From the NCBI GenBank assembly GCA_029981435.1, contig JARRBB010000003.1, positions 15,603 through 79,602 on the forward strand: a DNA stretch of 64,000 nt, read 5' to 3'. The notes below the pieces were generated by a model. It had not been told where the DNA came from. It was given only the letters and a program-made list of their open reading frames with translations, and did not search any database. The position numbers were made by a program, and so were the translations under genes. How positions within the stretch are numbered: the first letter of the stretch is position 1; each line of letters opens with the position of its first letter. Positions 32,712 to 42,022 of the stretch are shown here, piece after piece. Source of the stretch: Thermotogaceae bacterium. Lineage in GTDB: Bacteria > Thermotogota > Thermotogae > B21-G9 > HyVt-16.

Positions 32712-33698
32712 ATGATGAAAAAGGTGATTTTCTCTGTTCTGATTTTTAGTCTACTCTTAGTAACCTCTTTTGCATTTGGAGATATTATCAAAGTTAAGGT
32801 AGTTCTTGACTGGTATCCTAACACGAATCACACCGGTATATATGTAGCAAAGGAACTCGGTTTTTATAAAGAGGTTGGGTTAGATGTAGAAATAAGTCAA
32901 CCATCTAAGCTAACAGCTGAGCAGCTTGTAGCAGCTCAAAAAGCTGAATTTGGAATTAGTTTTCAGGAAACTGTTACTCTTGGACGTGCACAGGGAATGC
33001 CAATTGTTTCCATTGCTGCCATAATTCAGCATAACACTTCTGGTTTTGCTGCAAGAAAAGAGGAAGGAGTAAGAACTCCGAAGGATTTTGAGGGTAAAAA
33101 GTATGGTTCCTGGGGTTCGCCAATAGAGGAAGCAACTTTGAAGTACATAATGAATCTTTATGGTGCAGATTATAAAAAGGTTAAATTCGTTGAACTTGGT
33201 GCTGTTGATTTTCTTGCAGCAACTGAGAGGGACATATGTGATTTTATGTGGATATATTACGGCTGGGAAGGGTTGGCAGCAAAGTTGAATGGAATAGATA
33301 TTTACTATTTACCCTTAAGAGAGCTTTCAGAAATTTTTGATTATTACACACCGGTTATAATCACAAACGAAAAATTAATAAAAGATTCTCCAGATATCAT
33401 AAAGAAATTCGTTTATGCCACTGCAAAAGGATATGAATATGCTATAGAACATCCAGAAGAAGCTGCGGAAATACTTCTTAAATTTGCACCTGAACTTGAT
33501 GAAAAGCTTGTTTATGAATCTCAGAAATGGTTGAAGGATCAGTACAAAGCTGATACTCCTTTTTGGGGTTATCAAAAAAGGGAAGTCTGGGAAAGGTATA
33601 CAAAATGGTTGTATGAACAGGGGTTCATTGAGGAGATGATAGATATTGAAAAAGCCTTCACAAACGAATTTTTACCGGGACAAAAAGGTACTCATTGA
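32712..33698 (+). CDS. thiY: NMT1/THI5-like substrate-binding protein (ThiY-like pyrimidine precursor binding)
   Basis: Signal peptide, then VVLDWYPNTNHTGIYVA, typical of the NMT1/THI5 fold. The ATG at 32712 lies 6 nt after GGAGG. Confidence 0.75.
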   Translation: MMKKVIFSVLIFSLLLVTSFAFGDIIKVKVVLDWYPNTNHTGIYVAKELGFYKEVGLDVEISQPSKLTAEQLVAAQKAEFGISFQETVTLGRAQGMPIVSIAAIIQHNTSGFAARKEEGVRTPKDFEGKKYGSWGSPIEEATLKYIMNLYGADYKKVKFVELGAVDFLAATERDICDFMWIYYGWEGLAAKLNGIDIYYLPLRELSEIFDYYTPVIITNEKLIKDSPDIIKKFVYATAKGYEYAIEHPEEAAEILLKFAPELDEKLVYESQKWLKDQYKADTPFWGYQKREVWERYTKWLYEQGFIEEMIDIEKAFTNEFLPGQKGTH

Positions 33699-34410
33699 TA
33701 TAAAAGATCTGGATTACTGTTTTGACGATTTACAAGTTCTCAAAAATATAAACCTTAAAATATTCGAGAAAGAATTTCTGAGTATAGTAGGCCCATCAGG
33801 ATGTGGTAAAACGACCTTACTTAAAATAATGGCAGGATTGATAGATAGCAAAAGTGGAAATGTTGAGAGAAATATATTTGATATAGCTTATATGCCTCAA
33901 AAAGGGGCCTTGTTTGAATGGAAGACACTTATTTCAAATTTAGCTTTACCTTTGATTGTGAAAGGTGAAGAAAAAAAACAAGCTTATCAAAAGGCAAGGA
34001 ATTTTTTGGAAGACTTCAATCTTGAAAAATTTGAAAATTATTACCCCTCGCAACTATCAGGTGGCATGAAACAGCGAGGGGCTTTTTTAAGAACAATGAT
34101 CACTGGTTCCGAATTAATACTCTTAGATGAACCTTTTGCCTCTGTTGATGAAATAAATCGTCGAAAACTTCAGTTATGGTTGATAGAATTACTTAGAAGA
34201 TATAGTAAAACTGTTGTACTCGTTACACATGATATAGAAGAGGCAATACTTTTATCTGATAGAATCGTGATTATGAGTGATAAGCCTTCAAAGATAATCG
34301 AAACTATAAATGTGGATATACCAAAACCACGAAGTTTGGAGAGCCTTACAGATCCAAGGTTTTCAACCTTAGAGAAAAAAATTTATGAACTTCTTGGTTC
34401 ATCGTTTTGA
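33646..34410 (+). CDS. thiZ: ABC transporter ATP-binding protein (ThiZ-like)
   Basis: Walker A GPSGCGKTT, signature LSGGMKQR, Walker B LILLDEPF. The exact start is uncertain. Confidence 0.8.
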   Translation: MKKPSQTNFYRDKKVLIDIKDLDYCFDDLQVLKNINLKIFEKEFLSIVGPSGCGKTTLLKIMAGLIDSKSGNVERNIFDIAYMPQKGALFEWKTLISNLALPLIVKGEEKKQAYQKARNFLEDFNLEKFENYYPSQLSGGMKQRGAFLRTMITGSELILLDEPFASVDEINRRKLQLWLIELLRRYSKTVVLVTHDIEEAILLSDRIVIMSDKPSKIIETINVDIPKPRSLESLTDPRFSTLEKKIYELLGSSF

Positions 34411-34547
34411 ATTTTTTCACCTTCGCCACTTTGCTTTGAAATATCATCTAATTTTCTTGAAATGATTTTGTATTGTGCTTTGTATAAAGTTATAAAAAAT
34501 ATCAAAAACGGCGAGAGCAAAAAAACAATGAGTAATAGCCATGCCAT
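34383..34547 (-). CDS. candidate 54-aa single-TM small protein at the 3' end of the nucleoside ABC operon
   Basis: Below the ORF-track cut-off, translated by hand: MAWLLLIVFLLSPFLIFFITLYKAQYKIISRKLDDISKQSGEGEKIQNDEPRSS. The ATG lies 4 nt after the permease stop, with AAGGA upstream. The tail overlaps the convergent thiZ by 28 nt. Confidence 0.3.
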   Translation of the reverse strand: MAWLLLIVFLLSPFLIFFITLYKAQYKIISRKLDDISKQSGEGEKIQNDEPRSS

Positions 34548-34551
34548 AATA

Positions 34552-35508
34552 TCAATCCTTTATGTAAGGCACACCATCAGCTGCAGGTGCACGTGTTCTT
34601 CCAATAAAACCTGAGACAACAATTATCGTAACTATGAAAGGCAACATATTGAACAGAGGTTTGGTTGATGCTGAAATTTGGAGAATCGGACTGCTCTGCA
34701 ACTGATTGTTCATAGCTTCAGCAGCGCCAAACAACAGACATGCCCAAAAAGCACCTATTGGGTTCCAATTTCCAAGAATCATAGCTGCCAGTGCTATGAA
34801 ACCTCTTCCTCCTGTCATAAGCTCTTTAAATTGTCCTAATTCTCCAACACTTAGAAATGCCCCTCCAAGGCTGGCTAAAATTCCACTCATTAATACTCCA
34901 AAATATCTGATTTTATAAACGTTTATACCAAGAGTATCGGCAGCTTCAGGATTTTCGCCAACGGCTCTCATTCTTAAACCCATCGTAGTTTTATATAAAA
35001 ACCACCAAGAAAAGAAAACAAGACCAATGGCTATAAAAACCAGTGGGTTAAGCTCTCCAATAATTTCACCGACAAACGGAATATTTTTTACAAAAGGTAT
35101 TTTTATATCTTTTATCCTACCAATGAAATCGGTTTGACCGGGTTTTCCGAATATTGGTTCCATTAAAAAGCCTGTTAATCCCTGTGCGAGAAGTATCAAA
35201 GCCGTTCCACTGACTATCTGATTACCATACCATTTTATACTTGCCCAGGCATGTAACCAGGCCATTCCCAGTCCGGAAATCATTGCCATTAAAACACCGA
35301 TCCAGGGAGAACCTGTTAAATATGTAAAAACGATAGACACAAAAGCACCAAGAAGCATTATTCCTTCAAGCGCTATGTTTACCACACCGGTTATTTCACT
35401 GAAAACGCCACCAAGTGCAGCAAATATGAAAGGTGTTGCAGCTGTTAAGGTGATTTTGTAAAACAATGGATTGGTAAATATGTTCAATATAGAAATTATC
35501 CATGTCAT
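34552..35508 (-). CDS. ABC transporter permease (nucleoside/BMP type, NupQ/RnsD-like)
   Basis: Polytopic permease in an operon with a BMP-family binding protein and a duplicated ATPase. Confidence 0.8.
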   Translation of the reverse strand: MTWIISILNIFTNPLFYKITLTAATPFIFAALGGVFSEITGVVNIALEGIMLLGAFVSIVFTYLTGSPWIGVLMAMISGLGMAWLHAWASIKWYGNQIVSGTALILLAQGLTGFLMEPIFGKPGQTDFIGRIKDIKIPFVKNIPFVGEIIGELNPLVFIAIGLVFFSWWFLYKTTMGLRMRAVGENPEAADTLGINVYKIRYFGVLMSGILASLGGAFLSVGELGQFKELMTGGRGFIALAAMILGNWNPIGAFWACLLFGAAEAMNNQLQSSPILQISASTKPLFNMLPFIVTIIVVSGFIGRTRAPAADGVPYIKD

Positions 35509-36569
35509 TTTTCAACACCAGCCTTGTGCTTCTTTCTGTAAGTTAGTATCGTTTTTACAATCCTGTCCGCTGCCACCAAAAAGATAACTATACCCTGTAT
35601 GATCATCACTATATGTTTGGGGATACCAGCAAATTGCATAGCGTTTGATCCTGTTCTTAGCGAACCGATTAAAAGTGCTGCAAAAATAATTCCAATAGGG
35701 TGATTCTGTCCTATAAGAGATATTGAAATTCCGTCAAACCCCTTTCCAGAAGTTAGAGTACCAAGATATCTGTAGTGAAGCCCCATAACTTCGAGTGCAC
35801 CTGCAAGACCTGCAAGCGCGCCACTTATAGCCATCGCAAGAACAACGTTCTTAGCTATGCTTATTCCACCGTATTCAGCAGCATAGGGATTGAAACCTAC
35901 GGCCTTTATTTCATAACCTGTACTTGTTTTTTCTAACAAGACATAAATTACTATCGCCATGAGTATTGCAATGAATATTCCAGGGGTTAATTCTATGGAT
36001 TGAGATTTGATGATGACTGGAAGTTTGGCACTTGCAGCTATTTCAGGACTTTTAGGAGTTCCAGATCCCACAGATAGTGGACCAGCGACCATGTAATTAC
36101 CGAGATAATAGGATATCCAGTTAAGCATTATAGTAGTTATAACTTCGTGAGCACCTGTGCGAGCTTTTAAAAAACCCGCTATGCTGGCCCAGAGAGCACC
36201 CATTAACATTCCCGAGAGTATAGTTATAGGTATCGCGATATATGGTGGAAATCCTCCCAAATTCATTCCCGCTATTGTTGCAAAAAGAGCTCCCATTGAC
36301 ATCTGACCTTCTGCACCTATATTGAAAACCCCAGCCCTAAAGCCAAAACCAACCGCAAGACCAGTTAAAATGAGAGGAGTTGTTTTAACAATGGTATTTA
36401 TAAAATCTTGTGAACTCCCAAAAGCACCTTTTAACATCTCGTAATATGCTATAAGAGGATTTTTGCCAATGAGAAGAATAACAACTGATGCAATTAACAA
36501 AGCTATGATAACAGACATAACCGGCACAATAAAAGCTGATAGATTTATTTTCATAATTCTCTTTTTCAT
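35505..36569 (-). CDS. ABC transporter permease (nucleoside/BMP type, NupP/RnsC-like)
   Basis: Polytopic permease. 4-nt overlaps with both neighbours. Confidence 0.8.
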   Translation of the reverse strand: MKKRIMKINLSAFIVPVMSVIIALLIASVVILLIGKNPLIAYYEMLKGAFGSSQDFINTIVKTTPLILTGLAVGFGFRAGVFNIGAEGQMSMGALFATIAGMNLGGFPPYIAIPITILSGMLMGALWASIAGFLKARTGAHEVITTIMLNWISYYLGNYMVAGPLSVGSGTPKSPEIAASAKLPVIIKSQSIELTPGIFIAILMAIVIYVLLEKTSTGYEIKAVGFNPYAAEYGGISIAKNVVLAMAISGALAGLAGALEVMGLHYRYLGTLTSGKGFDGISISLIGQNHPIGIIFAALLIGSLRTGSNAMQFAGIPKHIVMIIQGIVIFLVAADRIVKTILTYRKKHKAGVEK

Positions 36570-38122
36570 TTTATACCACTCCGAATCATTTCTAATTTGC
36601 TTCCGGCCATCATTAATCCCACTTCTTCATAAGAAGTTTCTTCTGGCATAACTTCGCCCATTATTTCACCTTCGTACATCACGATAATTCTATCTGAAAG
36701 AGAAAATATTTCTTCGAGTTCCATTGAAACCAGTATTATCGCAACATCTTCATCTCTCAACTTCAAGATGTTTTTATGAATGTATTCAATAGCACCTATG
36801 TCAAGTCCTCTCGTGGGTTGGGCAAATATACTCACAATTGGAGATGAACTCATCTCACGTGCTAGAATAACTTTTTGTTGATTACCACCGGATAAATTTG
36901 CAGCGAGAATTTTTGGGTCTTTTGGTCTTACATCGAAATCTTCAAAAAGTTTTTTTGAGTAATCAATGATGTACCTCATATCCAGGAATCCATCAATACA
37001 AAACGGAGTTTTATAATGCCTTCCAAGTATCACATTGTAATATCCAGGAAACTGTAGAACCAACCCATGCTTTTGCCTGTCTTCAGGAATATGGACAAGT
37101 CCTTTTTCTCTCAGAATCCTTGCATCTTTATTGGTAACCTCGTCATTTAAAAGAAATACCTTTCCATTTTCAGCCTTTCTAAGGCCTGTCAAAGCTTCTA
37201 TCAATTCTGTTTGACCATTTCCAGCTACACCTGCAATTCCAAGAATTTCTCCAGCTCTAACGTTGAAAGAAATTCCTTTAACAGCATCAAGGCCTCTATT
37301 ATCTTTGACCCATAAATTTTCCACCCTCAGAACTTCATGCTTAGGTTTTTTAGGTTTTTTCTCCACTCTTAACAATACATCTCTACCAACCATAAACTTG
37401 GCTATTTCTTTTGGGTTGGTTTGCGATGTTTTAAGATTACCCGTCACTTTTCCGAGTCTCATAACAGTTATTGTATCTGTTATTTCCATAACTTCGTTGA
37501 GTTTATGTGATATAAATATAATAGTCTTACCAGATTCTTTTAATTTTCTCATGATTTCGAACAACTCTTCAGTTTCCTGAGGAGTCAAAACAGCTGTAGG
37601 TTCATCAAGAATGAGGATTTCCGCTCCCCTATAAAGTGTTTTCAGTATTTCAATTCTTTGTTGCATTCCGACAGGTGTGTCTTCAATTTTAGCTTCAATA
37701 TCGATATAAAGTCCATAGCGCTCGGACAATTCTTTAACCTCTTTTTTAGCTTTCTTTATATCCAGAACAGCACCCTTCCGAGGCTCAGAACCAAGTATTA
37801 TATTTTCAACAGCTGTCAGGTTGCTTACGAGCATAAAGTGTTGATGGACCATTCCTATACCATTTTTTATAGCGTCTGATGGATTTTTTATGTTCACTTT
37901 TTTACCATTAATATATATTTCACCTTCATCTGGATTTATCAAGCCATAAAGCTGGTTCATCAGTGTAGTTTTACCGGCTCCATTCTCACCAACGATGGCA
38001 TGAATTTCACCTTTTTTGACAAAAAGATCAACATGATCATTCGCCACTACATTTGGAAATCGTTTGGTTATACCTCTCATAACAACAGCATAGTCTTTAA
38101 CATTTTCGATTCCAGCTGCCAA
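36566..38122 (-). CDS. ABC transporter ATP-binding protein, duplicated cassette (nucleoside/sugar type)
   Basis: First cassette has Walker A GENGAGKTT and Walker B ILILDEP. A second, degenerate cassette has LSGGNQQK. TTG start behind GGAGGGG. Confidence 0.85.
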   Translation of the reverse strand: MAAGIENVKDYAVVMRGITKRFPNVVANDHVDLFVKKGEIHAIVGENGAGKTTLMNQLYGLINPDEGEIYINGKKVNIKNPSDAIKNGIGMVHQHFMLVSNLTAVENIILGSEPRKGAVLDIKKAKKEVKELSERYGLYIDIEAKIEDTPVGMQQRIEILKTLYRGAEILILDEPTAVLTPQETEELFEIMRKLKESGKTIIFISHKLNEVMEITDTITVMRLGKVTGNLKTSQTNPKEIAKFMVGRDVLLRVEKKPKKPKHEVLRVENLWVKDNRGLDAVKGISFNVRAGEILGIAGVAGNGQTELIEALTGLRKAENGKVFLLNDEVTNKDARILREKGLVHIPEDRQKHGLVLQFPGYYNVILGRHYKTPFCIDGFLDMRYIIDYSKKLFEDFDVRPKDPKILAANLSGGNQQKVILAREMSSSPIVSIFAQPTRGLDIGAIEYIHKNILKLRDEDVAIILVSMELEEIFSLSDRIIVMYEGEIMGEVMPEETSYEEVGLMMAGSKLEMIRSGIK

Positions 38123-38184
38123 GTTTCAACCCCTCCATAATCAAAAAGGAAGGGGAGAAAATCCCCTCCCTTTTTGTATTCGAA

Positions 38185-39270
38185 TTAAAATGGAAACTCT
38201 ATTTCAGGAACACTGAATGAATCAAGTTCTTCCTGGGTTATCGGTATGGAAAGAATTCCTTCGTTCACAAGGTTGATTATATAGTAAAGTTCTGCTATTA
38301 CAGAATTTGGAACAAGGCCCTTGGTGTACTTCATAGGACTTATACCAACACCTTTTTCTTTCAATCCAAGCACTTTCATTCCACCTTCGAAGGTACCTTC
38401 GAATGCATCTCTAACACCATAGTAAGCGGCCATGTCTACTCTTTTCATCGCACTTGCAAGTACAGCGCCTGGTGCGAGATAATCTTGGTCAGCATCCACC
38501 CCCATTGCAAAGAGACCAGTTCCATTTTTCCAATAGTAATCAATCAAACCTGCAAGATCAGATGTTCCGGCAAGCGCTGTGAATTTTTCTTTAGCAGCTT
38601 CTATAACACCATTTCCACAGGCACCAGATGCGTGGAATATTATGTCAGCACCTTCTGCAAATTGACTCATTGCGAGGTCTTTACCTTTTTTAGGATCGTC
38701 GAAAACCATTGTATAACCTTTTAAAATTTGAACATCTTTGTCATGAAGTTCGGAGTAAGTTTTCACACCTGCTTCAAAACCGTATCTGAATCTTTCAACT
38801 GGTGGTATTGGTATTCCACCAATAAATCCAACTATATTGCTCTTTGTCATAGCAGCTGCGACATATCCAACTAAGAAGGCTGCTTCATTCTCTTTGAATG
38901 TGAAAGTCATTACATTAGGATATTCGGAACCTTCTGGTGGTGTTATATCGATTCCTACAAAATATGTACCGGGAAATTGTGGAGCAACTTTGAAAAGCGC
39001 ATCTGTCATCATGAATCCTACTGCAAATACCACATCAGCTTCTTGAGCTGCTTTTGTTAAATTTGGTATATAATCAGCTTGTTCGTAACTCTGAATAACG
39101 TTAGCTTCAAGTCCGAATTCTTCTACAGCCATTTGTATCCCAGCCCAGGTGCCATCATTGAAAGACTTATCACCCAAGCCACCCGTATCAGTGACCATTA
39201 TTACTTTGAACGCATAAGCTGAAACCACAAAAGTTAAAATCAAAACTAAGAACACTAAGAACCTCTTCAT
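38185..39270 (-). CDS. BMP-family (PnrA/Med-like) nucleoside-binding protein
   Basis: Signal peptide, then VTDTGGLGDKSFND, the hallmark start of BMP/PnrA lipoprotein-family binding proteins. Confidence 0.85.
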   Translation of the reverse strand: MKRFLVFLVLILTFVVSAYAFKVIMVTDTGGLGDKSFNDGTWAGIQMAVEEFGLEANVIQSYEQADYIPNLTKAAQEADVVFAVGFMMTDALFKVAPQFPGTYFVGIDITPPEGSEYPNVMTFTFKENEAAFLVGYVAAAMTKSNIVGFIGGIPIPPVERFRYGFEAGVKTYSELHDKDVQILKGYTMVFDDPKKGKDLAMSQFAEGADIIFHASGACGNGVIEAAKEKFTALAGTSDLAGLIDYYWKNGTGLFAMGVDADQDYLAPGAVLASAMKRVDMAAYYGVRDAFEGTFEGGMKVLGLKEKGVGISPMKYTKGLVPNSVIAELYYIINLVNEGILSIPITQEELDSFSVPEIEFPF

Positions 39271-39274
39271 TGAA

Positions 39275-41254
39275 TCATCCCTCCTTTAAAGTTTTTTTAA
39301 TAACAAGAGATAGAATTGAAAATATAAGGAACATAACTGGAACAAGAAGATTGGGATTAGAAATGTTTTTAATGACTAAATTAGGAACATTTTTGTCTAC
39401 AAAGATAGTTGTTGAAGATGCTTTAAATATCCATAGAACTGAATTTGCAATTAAGAACAAAGAAACTGACTTATAGTACTTTCTTTTCGACAAAAACATC
39501 AATATGATCACCATAGTGGTCAAAACAATCGCTACATTTCCTTCAGGTGTTTTTTGAATTTTCACCCTGATTGGCTCGGAAGATTTTAAAGAAATATCAT
39601 TTTTAAGCTCTTCAACGTACTCAAGCATAAATTTTGTTGTATTCGATCTTTTTAAAGATTTTTCAAGATAATCGAACAGATCATCTCTCATTTCTTGAGT
39701 GAAAATAGTGGAATAATCTTTAATTCTGTTCATCACATCATCAACGAGTCTGTAAATCTTATTTTTTCTATTTTTAGAGCGCCAGTTGAAGTCTTTGATG
39801 TTTTTATCCAGTTCAGAAAGAAATGAATTGTAATTTTCCCAATTGCTAATGCTGTAAAACTCTGAAAAACTTGGAATACCCATTTTTAAAACGCTGCCTT
39901 TTGTTGAAAAATTTGAAATAGCTTTGGAGTCATATAAAGCATTAACAAGTTTTTCGAATCTTTTAATTTGATCTTTGAGTTCTGAATATTCCTTCGAAGT
40001 TAATGAATAAATTTCTGCAATTTCTCTGTTTAAATCTGAAGTTGAATCCAGATAGAGATCATGTTTCAATAGTTCATAATAAATCGAGTTTTCAAAACCT
40101 TTGAAATTAGAAATTTTCAATTCTTCTGAATCAGGATAGATAGGAATGAAAATTGAAAAGACATAGACTACTATACCCAATAATCCAACGATTGTAGCAA
40201 TAACTGAGAGTTTCTTTGCGAACAGCAGGCTCACAAATCTATACAGACTAAATAAAAGAACAAGAACAAGTAAAGAATAAACCACGCTATCGAATTTTCC
40301 AAAAAATCCTTTCGAAAAAGCTAAGATGTACAGAGATTCAAAGGAAATTATCAGGTATATTATAAGACCTAATCTTTTCCTAAAGTATATCCAGAAAACA
40401 GCTAAAAATATTGCATAAGCAATGAATCTGAGCCACCAGAAATTCAATCGTTTAGGAGTTGCTTTTACAATATCTTCAGCCATTTTCAACTGGTAAGAGC
40501 TAAGAACGCTTCGGAGTTCTCTCGCCAAGGAATTTGAAGCAATATTGATCGATCTGTTCAGTTCTTTTGAGTCCTTCGGATTAGACTTGAGTATCTCCTT
40601 TGCTTTTTGTAGTAGTATAGTTTTTATGTTCGTTTCCTGAAATATTTTAATTATGTCCGAATAAAACCCATATTTATCAGCAGAGAATTCGGGGAGATTT
40701 GTTTTGATAGCTACATTTCCGACTGTAGATATATCTTCAAAACCTTCAGGAACAACGTCAATCAGGCCTATCGAATAGGCAAGCAAATACTTCGAAATTT
40801 CTCTAAAATCTTTTGTCAGAAGAGAAACATAATCATTAAAAGCACTTATAAAAGCAGGAAGATTGTTTATTGTAACAGTTTTGAGGTTTTCACCCAGCAG
40901 ATTTGAGGTAATATAAGCAAGTAAACCTGCAAGAGCTATTCTTTCTTTAACCTGTGATGGTTTGTTGTTATTGTAGAAAAATGTCAGATAGTCAAAAATA
41001 TTGCTCGCGCTTTCTTTGCGTTCGACACTACCGGCTGTTTCTAACCTTATAAGTCTGTAAACGGCAAGATTTGTAAGTTCATTTTTAAGCTTGTTTGCCA
41101 GATCTGTGTTGGATTTTTCAAGATTATAATCATTTAAAAGATTTTTGTATTCTTCTAATGCTTTTTCAAGAGTGCCAGTGGATGAAAAAGATTGAGAGGC
41201 GAGTATCAGAATTATTATTATCAAATATGCTACCTTTTTTTTCATTTTCTCCAC
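39275..41254 (-). CDS. hypothetical 659-aa polytopic membrane protein (orphan)
   Basis: Signal peptide (ILILASQSFSS). About 270-aa helical ectodomain, a cluster of about 5 TM helices, a 220-aa K/E/N-rich domain, and 2-3 C-terminal TM helices. Its stop lies 4 nt from the bmp start. No family recognised. Confidence 0.6.
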   Translation of the reverse strand: MEKMKKKVAYLIIIILILASQSFSSTGTLEKALEEYKNLLNDYNLEKSNTDLANKLKNELTNLAVYRLIRLETAGSVERKESASNIFDYLTFFYNNNKPSQVKERIALAGLLAYITSNLLGENLKTVTINNLPAFISAFNDYVSLLTKDFREISKYLLAYSIGLIDVVPEGFEDISTVGNVAIKTNLPEFSADKYGFYSDIIKIFQETNIKTILLQKAKEILKSNPKDSKELNRSINIASNSLARELRSVLSSYQLKMAEDIVKATPKRLNFWWLRFIAYAIFLAVFWIYFRKRLGLIIYLIISFESLYILAFSKGFFGKFDSVVYSLLVLVLLFSLYRFVSLLFAKKLSVIATIVGLLGIVVYVFSIFIPIYPDSEELKISNFKGFENSIYYELLKHDLYLDSTSDLNREIAEIYSLTSKEYSELKDQIKRFEKLVNALYDSKAISNFSTKGSVLKMGIPSFSEFYSISNWENYNSFLSELDKNIKDFNWRSKNRKNKIYRLVDDVMNRIKDYSTIFTQEMRDDLFDYLEKSLKRSNTTKFMLEYVEELKNDISLKSSEPIRVKIQKTPEGNVAIVLTTMVIILMFLSKRKYYKSVSLFLIANSVLWIFKASSTTIFVDKNVPNLVIKNISNPNLLVPVMFLIFSILSLVIKKTLKEG

Positions 41255-41416
41255 CTTTCGAATGACCTTTTTGAATCCATGACCAAAAATATTTTATCAT
41301 AATGTCCTTTTAGTTCATAGATTATTTTAAAAATTTTGAATAAAAGTTGTCAGGTTCGTGTTAAATCCATACGGTATTAGTGTATAATTAAGAAAAATCC
41401 CGAAAGGAGGAATAAA

Positions 41417-41836
41417 ATGTACGAAGAACTTGAAATTTTGCTCAGGAGATTATGCTTCAGTGTGAAAGTCGCTGGGAGAAAAGTATTGAGAGACTTTGAC
41501 ATCACTCCTTCTCAATTTGATATGTTGCAGAAGCTCTTTTTTAAAGGTGAGATGCGTCTCACAGATTTGAGCGAAGAACTTGGAATAACCAAAGGAACTG
41601 CAAGTGGAATAATCAAGCGTCTGGTAGACTATGGATACGTAAAGAAGGTAAAAAGTCAGGTTGATAAAAGGGTCTATAATCTAAGCATAACTGACGAAGG
41701 TAGAAAAGTAATAGAGGAAGTTATAAATAAACGTGTAGAATACATAAGGAATATTTTTTCTGTTTTTGATGAATCCAAGAAAAAATCTTTTTTGGAACAA
41801 TTAAAACAGCTAACCAACATTATAGAGAATAAATAA
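41417..41836 (+). CDS. MarR family transcriptional regulator
   Basis: Winged HTH (ITPSQFDMLQKLFFKGEMRLTDLSEELGITKGTASGIIKRLVDYGYVKK..DKRV). AGGAGG RBS. Confidence 0.85.
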   Translation: MYEELEILLRRLCFSVKVAGRKVLRDFDITPSQFDMLQKLFFKGEMRLTDLSEELGITKGTASGIIKRLVDYGYVKKVKSQVDKRVYNLSITDEGRKVIEEVINKRVEYIRNIFSVFDESKKKSFLEQLKQLTNIIENK

Positions 41837-41840
41837 CAAA

Positions 41841-41861
41841 ATCCCCGGTAGAACCGGGGAT
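41841..41861. terminator. 8-bp GC hairpin; terminator for tRNA-Pro (minus strand), possibly bidirectional for marR
   Basis: ATCCCCGG-TAGAA-CCGGGGAT. The T-rich tract is present only on the minus-strand side (TTTGTTATTT). Confidence 0.55.
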
Positions 41862-41869
41862 TCAAACAA

Positions 41870-41945
41870 TGGTCGGGGTGACTGGACTTGAACCAGCGAC
41901 CTTTTGCGCCCCATGCAAACGCGCTTCCATCTGCGCCACACCCCG
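41870..41945 (-). tRNA. tRNA-Pro (anticodon GGG), CCA encoded
   Basis: Folded by hand. Acceptor CGGGGTG/CACCCCG, D arm GCGC-AGATGGAA-GCGC, anticodon arm TTTGC-AT GGG GC-GCAAA with G37, T arm GCTGG-TTCAAGT-CCAGT, discriminator A, then CCA. Length 76 nt. Confidence 0.92.
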
Positions 41946-42022
41946 CTATAGAAAATTATGTCATATTTGATCCTAAAAATCAAGGGGTTAAAGCTTTGAA
42001 AAAGAAAGGGTGGATTACTTTA

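Noticed and set aside
41888-42022. N-terminal 45 codons of the 776-aa ORF (MNQRPFAPHANALPSAPHPA...).
   Set aside because: This stretch is the reverse complement of tRNA-Pro plus spacer. The Pro/Ala/His-rich translation is an artefact of the GC-rich tRNA. The signal-peptide-bearing Met at 42023 is the plausible start.
41837-42022. tRNA-Pro as the integration site of a genomic island carrying the pel-like genes.
   Set aside because: The pel genes lie on the 5' side of the tRNA, whereas integrative elements target the 3' end. No integrase, no direct repeat of the tRNA 3' end, and no obvious compositional shift was noticed by eye.
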